IMG/VR virus record: IMGVR_UViG_2706796489_000001
Coordinates: 1 to 64,000 of that record
DNA from: a virus
Lineage: Duplodnaviria > Caudoviricetes
Direction: 5' to 3' (one strand)
DNA: 64,000 bases
Shown piece after piece: positions 1-9,627 of this stretch (positions are counted from its first letter, which is position 1; every line of letters starts with the position of its first letter). The notes under the pieces were generated by a model. It was not told where the DNA came from. It searched no databases and worked only from the letters and a program-made list of their open reading frames with translations. Position numbers and translations under genes: made by a program.

Positions 1-61
1 TGAAGTTACTTGACTTTCCCTCAAAAGTGCGCTACCACGCCAACGCCCAATTTAACTCCAA

Positions 62-376
62 TCATTTGTCCCTTATATTCCAGGCGAGCCGCAGCTTGTC
101 CGCCAACGCGACCAGGGAATCGGCCACTTCAACGCGCTTGCGGGTCGATTTGCGGCGAACGCGAACCCGCTCAACCGCCTGGACCTCATCGAGCCAATCG
201 AAATCCCCATCTTTCTCGGCAGCGCGAATCTCTTCCCGCATCCGATTCCGTTCCAACTTCGCGTTGCGGTTTTCATTGGCCGCACGGCGAAACAGATCCT
301 GCTTCCATTGCAGTTGGGCGCTTACGCCGCTGCTAATGACCTTGGAATAGCTACCGATGAGCGGATCTTGCGACAT
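62..376 (-). CDS. hypothetical protein (104 aa, basic and helical)
   Basis: ATG-started ORF with a protein-like composition and a palindromic site just upstream; no family recognised. Confidence 0.6.
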   Translation of the reverse strand: MSQDPLIGSYSKVISSGVSAQLQWKQDLFRRAANENRNAKLERNRMREEIRAAEKDGDFDWLDEVQAVERVRVRRKSTRKRVEVADSLVALADKLRLAWNIRDK

Positions 377-395
377 AATTTTTTCTTCCGACTTG

Positions 396-412
396 AAGTT
401 CGTAACGAACTT
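396..412. promoter_or_regulatory. palindromic operator-like site AAGTTCGT-A-ACGAACTT
   Basis: 17-bp palindrome upstream of the leftward ORF 62..376; the same core recurs at 1314..1328. Confidence 0.6.
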
Positions 413-525
413 TTGACCTACCGTTTACCGAAGTTGAGTTGCCCAATTCAAACTTGAATTGAGGCCGTATAGGCGCGACTTCGCTACCACGCCAGCTTCA
501 CGGGCCGCGCCTATACGAACTTGTC

Positions 526-551
526 AAAAAGCCCCTACCCGAGGGTAGGGG
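526..551 (-). terminator. rho-independent terminator
   Basis: Minus strand reads CCCCTACCC-TC-GGGTAGGGG-C-TTTTT, downstream of ORF 590..1291. Confidence 0.65.
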
Positions 552-589
552 AAAAGCCAAGCCGCCAGGGTCGCGGCTTGACTGGGGCG

Positions 590-1291
590 TTATGCCGTCA
601 CGGCCGCATCTTCAGCATGGACCGAGTAACCCATGTCCACGATGTGGGCCATCAGGGACTTGATGAATACGGCGCGGTCATCGTCGCTCATGGCTTGCAT
701 CTGCGCGGCGATGGTTGCCGCGTAGGCCTCGGGGCCGGTGGCCGATGCGAGCGGGGCCACGTCTTCAACCACTTCGGGCGCTTGATCGGGGCCGGCCGTG
801 GGCGCGGGCGGGGTAGCGGGCTTTTGCGCCTTTTCGCGCTTCGCATTGCCACCCGCAAAGCCGAATTTGGTCCAAAGCGATTCAATGTCAGTCACGCCGA
901 CATGCCCCGTAAGCCACGCGCATACGGCCTTGATGGCGTCGGCCTGCGACAGGTCATGCAGGGCCGTCACATTCAGGCCGCGCTCCGCCGCGATGCACGC
1001 GATAGCTACCCCCTTTTCGGCGTACTTCTTGAACCGGGCGAAGAACTGGCCGCGCGCCTCATCGCGGGTCGCGTCGTCCATGGTCTCCCAGGCCTTGCCG
1101 TGCGTGGCCATGGCCGCATCCAGTTGCAGCGCCTTGCGCAGGTCGGCGGCGTAGCCGCGTTCATTGGCCTTGCCATCCAGCACGGCATGGGCGATGACGG
1201 CGGCGTAACCGCCCAGGTCGGCGCGCATGGCCTTGACGATAGCGGCGCGAGTGACCGAGATAGAAGTGGTCGGGGTAGCGGTCGTTTGCAT
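590..1291 (-). CDS. hypothetical Ala-rich protein (233 aa)
   Basis: Long ORF with an AAAGGA RBS upstream and a terminator downstream; no family recognised. Confidence 0.75.
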   Translation of the reverse strand: MQTTATPTTSISVTRAAIVKAMRADLGGYAAVIAHAVLDGKANERGYAADLRKALQLDAAMATHGKAWETMDDATRDEARGQFFARFKKYAEKGVAIACIAAERGLNVTALHDLSQADAIKAVCAWLTGHVGVTDIESLWTKFGFAGGNAKREKAQKPATPPAPTAGPDQAPEVVEDVAPLASATGPEAYAATIAAQMQAMSDDDRAVFIKSLMAHIVDMGYSVHAEDAAVTA

Positions 1292-1313
1292 GGTGAAGTC
1301 CTTTAAGAGGTTT

Positions 1314-1328
1314 GGTTCGTAACGAACC
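1314..1328. promoter_or_regulatory. palindromic operator-like site GGTTCGT-A-ACGAACC
   Basis: Second copy of the GTTCGTAACGAAC core; on the minus strand it follows TTTACA (-35-like) upstream of ORF 590..1291. Confidence 0.6.
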
Positions 1329-1668
1329 TTTGTAAACCGTAGGGGCGAAGTTGCCCCGGCCCTCCTGGGCCTGGCTACCAGGGAGACATTCCCCGATTGC
1401 TTAGGTATAAGTGTACCTAGCTTTTATGGGACGTGCAACCACATAAACCCCAGGATGTCAACCCCACAATTGTAAAATTTTTGAAAATTTTAAAGGTTAA
1501 ACAGTAGTACACTGTAGAATGCTCGTACACGCTACCCCGCCCCCGCCTGCTACGCCCAGCCGACCCTCCCCCAGCGACAGCTCCAGCTACCGCGATAGGC
1601 ACCAGGCGCAGGCGCTGTAGCGCCGCAGGCCCAGCTACACCACCCCGAACAGCTACAGGAACTCCACC

Positions 1669-2316
1669 ATGGCCAAATTACGGCTCTCCAACCCTCTCAC
1701 CGAACCCATCGGCGCTGACCGGCCGGACTACTCAGGCCAGCAGAAGAAGGGGCCGCCGACCAACACGACTGCAAAGTTAAAGGCTGATCCTTCATCCATC
1801 GAAGATCTCGCCAACTATTTCGGATATGACGATCAATCGGGCAGGGTTTACTGGCTCAGAAACCCGGTGCGCGGGCCGCGAAAGATCGGAACCTACGCCG
1901 GCACGCCGTATGCAAGCGGCCACCGCTTCGTCAAGTTCAAAGGCGCCATTCTCATGGAGAGCCATGTGGTCTGGGCGCTCACGCATGGAGAGTGGCCAAT
2001 TGGTCGCCTGAATCACCGCGACGAAGACAAGGACAACACGCGGGTGGACAACCTCATCCCCCAAAGTGAGTGCGACAACCCCAGCGGCCTGCCGCCAGGC
2101 GTCAAAAAGCACGAAAATGGCCAGTTCAAGGCGTATATATTCCGCAAAAAACTGCATTATTTGGGGATTTACGACACTGCTGAAGAGGCACACGCTCAAT
2201 ACCAAGCCGCCAAGAAGCTCGTCCACAACCCGTCCAACTGGTCTGTGGACCCTGAAATCATGCTGAAAGGACTCATGATCGACTACAAAAATCGTGCGAA
2301 ATCCCTCAAAACATGA
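1669..2316 (+). CDS. HNH endonuclease with AP2-like C-terminal domain
   Basis: SHVVWALTHGEW...LNHRDEDKDNTRVDNL (HNH_3-like), then GVKK...F.AYI...YLGIYDTAEEAHAQY (AP2-like). Confidence 0.85.
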   Translation: MAKLRLSNPLTEPIGADRPDYSGQQKKGPPTNTTAKLKADPSSIEDLANYFGYDDQSGRVYWLRNPVRGPRKIGTYAGTPYASGHRFVKFKGAILMESHVVWALTHGEWPIGRLNHRDEDKDNTRVDNLIPQSECDNPSGLPPGVKKHENGQFKAYIFRKKLHYLGIYDTAEEAHAQYQAAKKLVHNPSNWSVDPEIMLKGLMIDYKNRAKSLKT

Positions 2317-2384
2317 GAATATGTGTCCGTCCGGTTGAGCAGCGGACGACGAGTGATGAAGAAACTGACTTGAGGGAAGTCGGC

Positions 2385-2413
2385 AGGGAGCCTGGCAACA
2401 GGCTCCCTTTTTT
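2385..2413 (+). terminator. rho-independent terminator
   Basis: AGGGAGCCTG-GCAA-CAGGCTCCCT followed by a T run. Confidence 0.85.
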
Positions 2414-2489
2414 ATTTCAGCGAGAAATAGAAAATACTACTTCACCTTTGCAAATTGATGTATGATTCCTCAACCTTCAAGGAGTCATC

Positions 2490-3080
2490 ATGGCGCGTTC
2501 ATTCAGAAACCTGGACATCACTCACGCTCAGATCCGCGAGATGTTCGACTACGACCCAGAGACAGGAGTGCTCACGCGGCGCAACAGCAAGCGCCCCCAG
2601 TTCGAGCATTCGAACCGTGCTCAAGAGGGCGGGGATGGGTATATCACCCACTACGTGGTCAACGGCAACTATTCAGCGCATCACATCATCTGGTTTTGGT
2701 GGTACGGAGAGCACTTCGTGCATGGTGTTGACCACGCTGACAACGACCGCACGAACAACCGCATCTCCAATCTTCGTGACTTGAGTCATCGAGCCAACTG
2801 CTGGAACACCAAGACGGCTCGTAAAGGCTCCAATCTGATAGGCGCGGCCCTTCAGAAAAACGGGAAGTTCCTGGCTCGCATCAAGGTGGTTGACCGGCAA
2901 GTGACCATCGGTACGTTCGACAGTGAGCTGGAGTCACATGAAGCCTACATGGCTGTGAAAGCCCTCATCCATAAACCGGAGGATGAAGGTCTCACCTATG
3001 AAAAAGCCCTTGAACGAATCCAAGGGCTTCTCGATAAACACCGCAAGTACAAGACGAGTTCTAATACTTCTCTTTGTTGA
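2490..3080 (+). CDS. HNH endonuclease with AP2-like C-terminal domain
   Basis: AHHIIWFW...VDHADNDRTNNRISNLRDLSHRANCWN, then F.ARI...IGTFDSELESHEAY. Confidence 0.88.
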   Translation: MARSFRNLDITHAQIREMFDYDPETGVLTRRNSKRPQFEHSNRAQEGGDGYITHYVVNGNYSAHHIIWFWWYGEHFVHGVDHADNDRTNNRISNLRDLSHRANCWNTKTARKGSNLIGAALQKNGKFLARIKVVDRQVTIGTFDSELESHEAYMAVKALIHKPEDEGLTYEKALERIQGLLDKHRKYKTSSNTSLC

Positions 3081-3092
3081 GGATGAAGCGCC

Positions 3093-5609
3093 TCAATTCG
3101 TCGTAAGCATCTTGCCAGAAGGCTGTGAGTTCGACTGTGACGAACTCCCCGGGCCGATCAAGGTAATATTCTCGTATACGACCTCTTGACCCCCGTTCGC
3201 TGTGTTTTTTATCGTAATCTTGAATCCAAACTCGGTGCCAAGCTCCCGCATCTTCGCTCTGAACTGTGTGGATCCAACTGGCCTTGCAGAGCCAGGCCCG
3301 ATGCAGAACGACCAATATGCCGCGAAGATCTTCGTTTCCTCCACGAATGTGGGGTTGGTAGTCGGCTCGCCAGCGGACGCCACCAGTTGGAGATTGGCCG
3401 TCCGCACTTTGCCGCTCTCCGTGAGAAAAAAACGCACAGAGTTGTTCTGATTGGCCACTTCCCGGATCATCTGCTTGTGCGAGGCGGGGATCGTGTATTC
3501 GTTGTTGGTCTTCAACCGTGGCATGGCCTTCACAGCCCAGGCGACGATGCCTTCACGCTCTTCGGCTACGATGTGGTCGCCAAAATCCAACCTTCGTTCT
3601 TCAGCAGGCACCGGCCGGCTGAATTGGAGCATCAACCAGCGGCGGTTGAACCCCTCGCTGGTGTCGTCCGTCTTCGGATAGTGGTTGCCGGCGAACCAGT
3701 GCGCGCACTGCGGTTTGAACGTGAAGATCTGACCACCCTTCATCTGGCCACTCATCTCGGTGCCGTCGATGATGTCCTTGAACTTCTGGCCATCAATCAG
3801 CTTCTTCTCGCTCAACTCTCCGGCCACGTTGAGCAACTTCTCGTGCATCATGGTAGGAAGGAACTTGTCGGCCCACACATCGGGCGGCACCGCGCAGCGA
3901 GCGCTGTCCGGCACGAGCGCAGATGCGATCTTGAGCATCTGGGACTTGCCCGATTTGGGCGCGCCCTGGAGCAAGAAGGCACGTTGATAGCGCGGCGCGA
4001 CCGCGAAGAGCGTCACGCACAGCGCTTCCTGGAGCGCGGCCACCTTGTCCTGGTAGTCCTCGTCCTGGCTCCAGCTGCGGCGCAGGAATTCGAAGAAGAG
4101 CGGCGCACGTTCGGCTTCTTCCGGCAGGTATCGGAAGGGCAGCGTGTACGTCATGCCGAACTGAGGGTCATGGCTCAGAAGTTGCAGGCCTTCGGTCAAG
4201 AAACCGTTGGCAAAGTTCACGCCTTTGACCTCGACCGTGCGGATGCCCTGCGGCAGCAGCATCTTGAGCACGTTCAAGATGCCCTTCATGTCCGAGTGCT
4301 TGCGGCAGGCCTGCAAGTGGCCATAGTCCACCGAGATCCGCGCCAGCAGATACTGGTCGTCCATCGCTTCCCAGTTGGAGCCGGCCCATTTCCACACGCC
4401 GCCGTTGTGCGAGCGCACTGCGTGGATCTGTTCCAGGTCAGCGATCATGGCGCGAGCGATCTCCGACTGGTCCTCACCCTTGATCGTCCCCTTGCGCAGA
4501 TCCTTCACGCGGGCTTTCAGAGACGCAACCTTCATGCCCAGCTGGCCGGCCGACGAGATGAAGTCGTACAGGCGATCTTCTTCCAGGCGATTGAGCGTCT
4601 TCGAAGATGCGATCTTGGCCAGTGCCTTGTCGATGGTCAAGACGCGCTGCGGGCTGTCCTTCGGATAGCGCTCGAATTCACCGCGCATCCACTCGACCAG
4701 GTACTCGTAGGACCATTCTTCATGCTCCTTCTTGAACTCCAGGCCGTACCCCGCCTTCTCTTCAGGGGTCATGTCGGCGTCCCAACCCTCGGGGAGCGCC
4801 TTTTCCTTGTCGATCACATCGCGGTGAAGGAACTTGATGAGGTTGGAGACGTGCTTTTCCTCGTCCACCGGGTCGCCTGCGACGTTCTCCACGAACTCGC
4901 GGGCGTAAGTGCGCAGCATCCCGATGGCTTCCTTGAGCGTGCGGTCGCCGCGCATCACCGCGTAAGCGAAGAGGCCAGCACGCTCGGTCAAGCTGGTGTC
5001 ACGCGAGCCGGCCGACGCGAAGTCCAGCGTCTTGGTCCAACCCGAGTGCGACAACTCACAACCGGCCTCGGTCAACGCCGAGCGCAGCAGCGCTTCGATG
5101 TTCGGGTCCAGCACGGGCAGCTTGTCGATCACGTCAAGCAGGTCGCAGTTGGCCGTGTAGGGCCGCTTGGTGTCCGGGTGGATCGACGGCGGCAGCACAA
5201 CCTGGGTCCGCGTGGACAAGTGCTCGCAAATCGTCTGGCCGGCCGTGTTCTTGATGCGGAACGTGGCCACGCCGGAGAACCGATAGGCCATGACCATGCC
5301 CTTGGCCCCGATGCGAACCCACGGCGACGGCGGCAAGAGCGCGGTGATCACGCGGATGATGGCTTCATCAACCGCGTCGATGTCGAGCACGACGATGCCG
5401 GACTGCTGGCCCAGCACAATGCCGATGTTCGAATTGGCATGGCTATGCAGCCACTGCTGTTGAACGTCGGCTTCGACAGGATGGTCATGGTAACGAGACC
5501 AATCCATCGGCATCGGCTTCTTATCCTGCGGATAGAGCGGGATAACCGGCAGGTTGCGCGCATAGTAGGCCGGCGCGGTCTCGGCAAAGATCAGCGGTGT
5601 GGTTGACAT
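3093..5609 (-). CDS. DNA primase-helicase (Prim-Pol + PriCT + D5/P4-type SF3 helicase)
   Basis: N-terminal PVIPL..K.P / NIGIVLG..SGIVVLDID; VNFANG and MTYTLPF..Y (D5_N); Walker A QGAPKSGKS; motif C FAGNHYP; GFNRRWLML. Confidence 0.92.
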   Translation of the reverse strand: MSTTPLIFAETAPAYYARNLPVIPLYPQDKKPMPMDWSRYHDHPVEADVQQQWLHSHANSNIGIVLGQQSGIVVLDIDAVDEAIIRVITALLPPSPWVRIGAKGMVMAYRFSGVATFRIKNTAGQTICEHLSTRTQVVLPPSIHPDTKRPYTANCDLLDVIDKLPVLDPNIEALLRSALTEAGCELSHSGWTKTLDFASAGSRDTSLTERAGLFAYAVMRGDRTLKEAIGMLRTYAREFVENVAGDPVDEEKHVSNLIKFLHRDVIDKEKALPEGWDADMTPEEKAGYGLEFKKEHEEWSYEYLVEWMRGEFERYPKDSPQRVLTIDKALAKIASSKTLNRLEEDRLYDFISSAGQLGMKVASLKARVKDLRKGTIKGEDQSEIARAMIADLEQIHAVRSHNGGVWKWAGSNWEAMDDQYLLARISVDYGHLQACRKHSDMKGILNVLKMLLPQGIRTVEVKGVNFANGFLTEGLQLLSHDPQFGMTYTLPFRYLPEEAERAPLFFEFLRRSWSQDEDYQDKVAALQEALCVTLFAVAPRYQRAFLLQGAPKSGKSQMLKIASALVPDSARCAVPPDVWADKFLPTMMHEKLLNVAGELSEKKLIDGQKFKDIIDGTEMSGQMKGGQIFTFKPQCAHWFAGNHYPKTDDTSEGFNRRWLMLQFSRPVPAEERRLDFGDHIVAEEREGIVAWAVKAMPRLKTNNEYTIPASHKQMIREVANQNNSVRFFLTESGKVRTANLQLVASAGEPTTNPTFVEETKIFAAYWSFCIGPGSARPVGSTQFRAKMRELGTEFGFKITIKNTANGGQEVVYENITLIGPGSSSQSNSQPSGKMLTTN

Positions 5610-5612
5610 GGT

Positions 5613-6155
5613 TTACTCTTCTCCCATCGTGAGATCGACGGGATCGTTACGCCCTTTGGACAAGATGGATCGGAGACCGTCCATCACCTTGGTGCGCTGT
5701 TCCGGGTCGAGCACGTCTTCCATGACGCCCAGCACAGCACTTTCGAATTCTTTGACTTGCTTGACGCCGGCAGCGCGCTCGCGCAGCAGCACGAGCTTTT
5801 CCAGCAGGCTGGTGATCGTGCGGAAGTAGGCCATCTTCTCGGATTGCTCGACGTTGGTGAGCGTGGCCCCGTGGCGCTTCAGCTCCAGCAGCACGCGCAG
5901 CAGATCCTCTTCCAGCCCGCTGTCGATGTTGGCCAGGTCTTCGGCCGTGACCTGCACGGGCGGCAGGACGGCGCCTTGACCGTCTTCGCCCCCACCCTCG
6001 GGCGGCAGCACCAGCGCCTGGAGAAGGACCAGCGTGCGGCCCTCATAGGGGCAGTCAGGGTGCAGGAAGTAGTCCTCGTGCTCGCTGGCCAGGGTCGCTA
6101 TGACGCCCAGCGCCCAGGTCACTTTCTCGTCCAGAGGGGGGTAGTGGTAGCTCAT
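5613..6155 (-). CDS. hypothetical protein (180 aa, helical)
   Basis: Clean ORF abutting the primase and divergent from the terminase; function unclear. Confidence 0.75.
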   Translation of the reverse strand: MSYHYPPLDEKVTWALGVIATLASEHEDYFLHPDCPYEGRTLVLLQALVLPPEGGGEDGQGAVLPPVQVTAEDLANIDSGLEEDLLRVLLELKRHGATLTNVEQSEKMAYFRTITSLLEKLVLLRERAAGVKQVKEFESAVLGVMEDVLDPEQRTKVMDGLRSILSKGRNDPVDLTMGEE

Positions 6156-6355
6156 TGGATCGCTCTTCTAGGGTGAGGACGGCATCTTCCCACACCACCC
6201 CAATTCGATGAACCAAAATCTATCGTTTATAGGATAAATCCCCCTTCCGTATCCGATACACGGCAGGATTTATATGATAAAGAGCGCGTTTTCATCTTTC
6301 CTTTGTGTCCCTCATCCTTATGGGTGAGAATACGGGCCTGGCAACCAGGACCATC

Positions 6356-8137
6356 ATGAGCAACCAGTATCTTCAATCCTTCCTAGATCGCTGCGCGAAC
6401 CGCTACTCGACGGATCGCGCCGGCATGACGACCGGGGATTGGATGATCGCCAACACCCGGTTGCACGACAGGCCGTTCTCTTTCGACCGCTATCCGTTCC
6501 AGAAACAGATCGCGGATGACATGCACCGGGACTTGAACGTCATCAAGCCGTCTCAAGTGGGGTTGACTGAAATCCAGATCCGCAAGGTGCTGGCTTTCAT
6601 CACTCGTTATAAGGGCGTCAACGTCATCTACACGTTGCCCAACGAGAAGATGTTCGAGAAGATCTCGACCGGCCGCATTCGACCCATCGTGGACAACGAC
6701 AAGGTGTTCAACCTGGAGCAAGTCGGCAACTCCAACAAGCCGAGTCGTTCCAAGAGCATCATTCAAGTCGGTCGCTCGTTCATGTACATCACCGGCGCGG
6801 GTGAAGGCGACGCTACCGCTACCTCGGCCGACATGGTGGCCAACGATGAAGTGGACTTGACCGATCAAGCCATGCTTGGCCTGTTCAACTCACGCCTTCA
6901 GGGTAGTGATTGGGGCTTGAACCATAAGTTTTCGACTCCGACCTTTGAAGGCTACGGGATCGACCAACAGTACAACAACAGCGATCAGCACGAATACTTC
7001 TATAAGTGCGAGCACTGCAACCATCATCAAGTCCCCATCTTCAACAAGAAGTTCGTTCGCCTGGATGGCTTGAGCGAAAGCGTCGAGTTCGAAGAGCTGG
7101 AACCTGACATGCTCGATGATGGAGCCATCGACTTCCTCGGCATGCACATCATGTGCGAGAAGTGCCACAAGAAGATCAACGTCGGGGATCACAGCCGCCG
7201 CCAGTGGGTGGCCAAGTACCCCAACCGCGTCCACTCGCGTGGCTACCGCGTGCGCACGTTCTCGACCGAGCGCCTGACGCCGCAGTACGTGATCCAACAG
7301 CTGTTCAAGTACAAGCAAGCGGACAACCTGCGCGGCTGGCACAACACCGTGCTGGGCCAGGCCAACGAAGGCGGCAACGAGCGCCTGTCGGTCCCCGTGA
7401 TCCACCAGTGCTTCACGCACGAGATGCTGGTCAAGCCCCCGCTCATCGGCGTGCCGGCCTGGCTCGGCATCGACATGGGTCAGACCGTCCACATCGTCGT
7501 TGGCCAGGGCTTCGGCCTGAAGGATCTGGAGGTCCGCGAGTTCATCAGCTGCCCGGTGGGTGAGCTGCCGCTGGTCATCAACCGCATCATGGACACCTAC
7601 CGGCTCTGGGCCGGGGGTTGCGACCGCCACCCGTACACGCCGACCGCTGACGCGGTGTGGGAACAGACCAATCGCCGGGTCTTGCCCATCGAGTACCGTG
7701 GTCAGAAAGAAGTCAACATCGTCAAGGACGCTTCAGGGACCGAACTCTATGCTCAAGCGAACCGGACCATTCTCCTTGATGATGTCGCGCGTGTCGTGCG
7801 CCAGAACAAGATCCGCTTTTCTGGCTACGGAACCCAAAAGAACGTCATCACCGAACACCTGCGGGACATGGTGCGCGAAGAGTCGCCTGAAACCGAAGCA
7901 ACGTGGCGAAAACTGAGCAACAACGACCACTACTTCCACGCGCTCGGCTTCATGATCACCGCGATCAAGATAAAGACCGAAGGTGTAGGGAGTAAAGAAG
8001 CGCAAGAGGTTCGCTCTACCGTCGCAGTGGCTGGGGTATCCTACGCGCAGTCGCCTGACTCCAATCTATTCTTGCCCCTCGGGCAGCTCACCAAGAAAAT
8101 GAACCATGGCAACCAAGCCCAAACCCTCTTCATCTAG
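6356..8137 (+). CDS. terL: terminase large subunit (lambda GpA-like)
   Basis: KPSQVGLTE (GpA-type Walker A), ANDEVD (Walker B), CEHC/CEKC zinc knuckle, LGIDMG nuclease motif. Start placed at ATG 6356 after an AGGA RBS (ORF track starts at 6305). Confidence 0.92.
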   Translation: MSNQYLQSFLDRCANRYSTDRAGMTTGDWMIANTRLHDRPFSFDRYPFQKQIADDMHRDLNVIKPSQVGLTEIQIRKVLAFITRYKGVNVIYTLPNEKMFEKISTGRIRPIVDNDKVFNLEQVGNSNKPSRSKSIIQVGRSFMYITGAGEGDATATSADMVANDEVDLTDQAMLGLFNSRLQGSDWGLNHKFSTPTFEGYGIDQQYNNSDQHEYFYKCEHCNHHQVPIFNKKFVRLDGLSESVEFEELEPDMLDDGAIDFLGMHIMCEKCHKKINVGDHSRRQWVAKYPNRVHSRGYRVRTFSTERLTPQYVIQQLFKYKQADNLRGWHNTVLGQANEGGNERLSVPVIHQCFTHEMLVKPPLIGVPAWLGIDMGQTVHIVVGQGFGLKDLEVREFISCPVGELPLVINRIMDTYRLWAGGCDRHPYTPTADAVWEQTNRRVLPIEYRGQKEVNIVKDASGTELYAQANRTILLDDVARVVRQNKIRFSGYGTQKNVITEHLRDMVREESPETEATWRKLSNNDHYFHALGFMITAIKIKTEGVGSKEAQEVRSTVAVAGVSYAQSPDSNLFLPLGQLTKKMNHGNQAQTLFI

Positions 8138-9620
8138 CGCCGGCTCCGGCATTCTTGCCAAGCTGACCACCCTGGTGCTGCCCTCTCGGGCGAATAAGAA
8201 GGGGGTGGCGATCCCTGGCCACTACAACCCGAGCGATCCCAACCAGGTGCTCACGGTCCCCGGCTATCGGGAGCACTTGACCGACCTCTTCACGACGCGC
8301 CAGGCTTCGAACTCGCGTGAACTGCTCAAGCAGCTGTTCATCCAAGACCCCGACGTGTCTGGCGCGGTGAACGCCTACCTGACGATGGCCAACACCGAGA
8401 TGCTGGCCATCGTCAAGGACGTGGACGGAGCCATCGACCGCGATGGCCAGAAGATCCTGAACGCGATCATGAGCGCCTACGAACAGCGCTCGGACTACTC
8501 GAAAGGTTTCCAGCTGCGCCCGTCGATCCGCGAGATCTGCGAGAACCTGCGCTGGCTGCTTCTGCGCTGCGGCACGCTGCCGGTCGAGATGGTGCTGGAT
8601 GAGAACTTCTCCATCACCGAGTTCCGCATGGTCGATCCTGACACCTTGGAATGGGTCGAGCCTCAACCCGGCGTCTTCAAGCCTCAACAGAAGACCAGCG
8701 ATGGCAAGACCATCGTGCTCGACATTCCCACCTTCTTCGTCAAGTTCCATCGCCGCGAACCGACGAGCATGTACACGTACTCCAGCTTCGTGTCGGCTAT
8801 CAACACCATCGCGGCGCGCCAACAGGTCATCAACGACCTGTACCGGATCATGAAGCTCACCGGCTATCCGCGCATGGAAGTCACGGTGATGGAAGAAGTG
8901 CTGCGCAAGAAGGCGCCTGCCGAGCTGCACACCGATGCGGCGAAGATGGATGAGTACATTCGTGCGCAGCTCCAGACCATCTCGTCGGCCGTCGCCGGCA
9001 TCCGTCCTGATCAAGCCTTCATCCATACGGACTCGATTGAGACCGGGATGTTGAACGAGAAGTCGGCTGGCATGACGCTGGATATCAGCAAGGTCATCGA
9101 GACGCTGAACGCCCAGAACCAGGCTGGTCTGCGGACCATGGCCACCATCTTGGGCCGGGGCAACTCTGGCGTGAACACGGCCACGGTGGAAGCGCGGCTC
9201 TTCACCATGAACGCGGAAGAGCTGAACAACCCGGTGGCCGACCTCTTCGCCAGCGCGCTGACCCTGGCCATCCGGCTGCAAGGCTCGGCTTCCACGGTCG
9301 AGGTCAGCTTCCGACCCAGCGAGATGCGTCCTGATACCGAACTGGAACCTCAATACACCATGCGGGCGGCGCGCCTGAAGGAAGATCTCTCGCTGGGCAT
9401 CATCAGCGATGACGAATACCACCTTCAGATGTACGGCCGGCTGCGCCCGGACAGTGCGCCGGAGCTGTCTGGTACGGGCTTCATGAACCAGGGTAAAGGC
9501 GTCAGCTCCCAGATCGACCCGAGCGGCGTCAGCCCCAACCAAGACCCGATGGGTCGATCCTTGACCCCTGATGGATCAAAGTCGGCGCGCAGCAACACGG
9601 TCAAGAGCGGCAAGGCGTAG
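8106..9620 (+). CDS. portal protein
   Basis: 504 aa immediately after terL and overlapping it; helical; DPDVSGAVN motif; position-based call. Confidence 0.8.
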   Translation: MATKPKPSSSSAGSGILAKLTTLVLPSRANKKGVAIPGHYNPSDPNQVLTVPGYREHLTDLFTTRQASNSRELLKQLFIQDPDVSGAVNAYLTMANTEMLAIVKDVDGAIDRDGQKILNAIMSAYEQRSDYSKGFQLRPSIREICENLRWLLLRCGTLPVEMVLDENFSITEFRMVDPDTLEWVEPQPGVFKPQQKTSDGKTIVLDIPTFFVKFHRREPTSMYTYSSFVSAINTIAARQQVINDLYRIMKLTGYPRMEVTVMEEVLRKKAPAELHTDAAKMDEYIRAQLQTISSAVAGIRPDQAFIHTDSIETGMLNEKSAGMTLDISKVIETLNAQNQAGLRTMATILGRGNSGVNTATVEARLFTMNAEELNNPVADLFASALTLAIRLQGSASTVEVSFRPSEMRPDTELEPQYTMRAARLKEDLSLGIISDDEYHLQMYGRLRPDSAPELSGTGFMNQGKGVSSQIDPSGVSPNQDPMGRSLTPDGSKSARSNTVKSGKA

Positions 9621-9627
9621 ATTTTCT

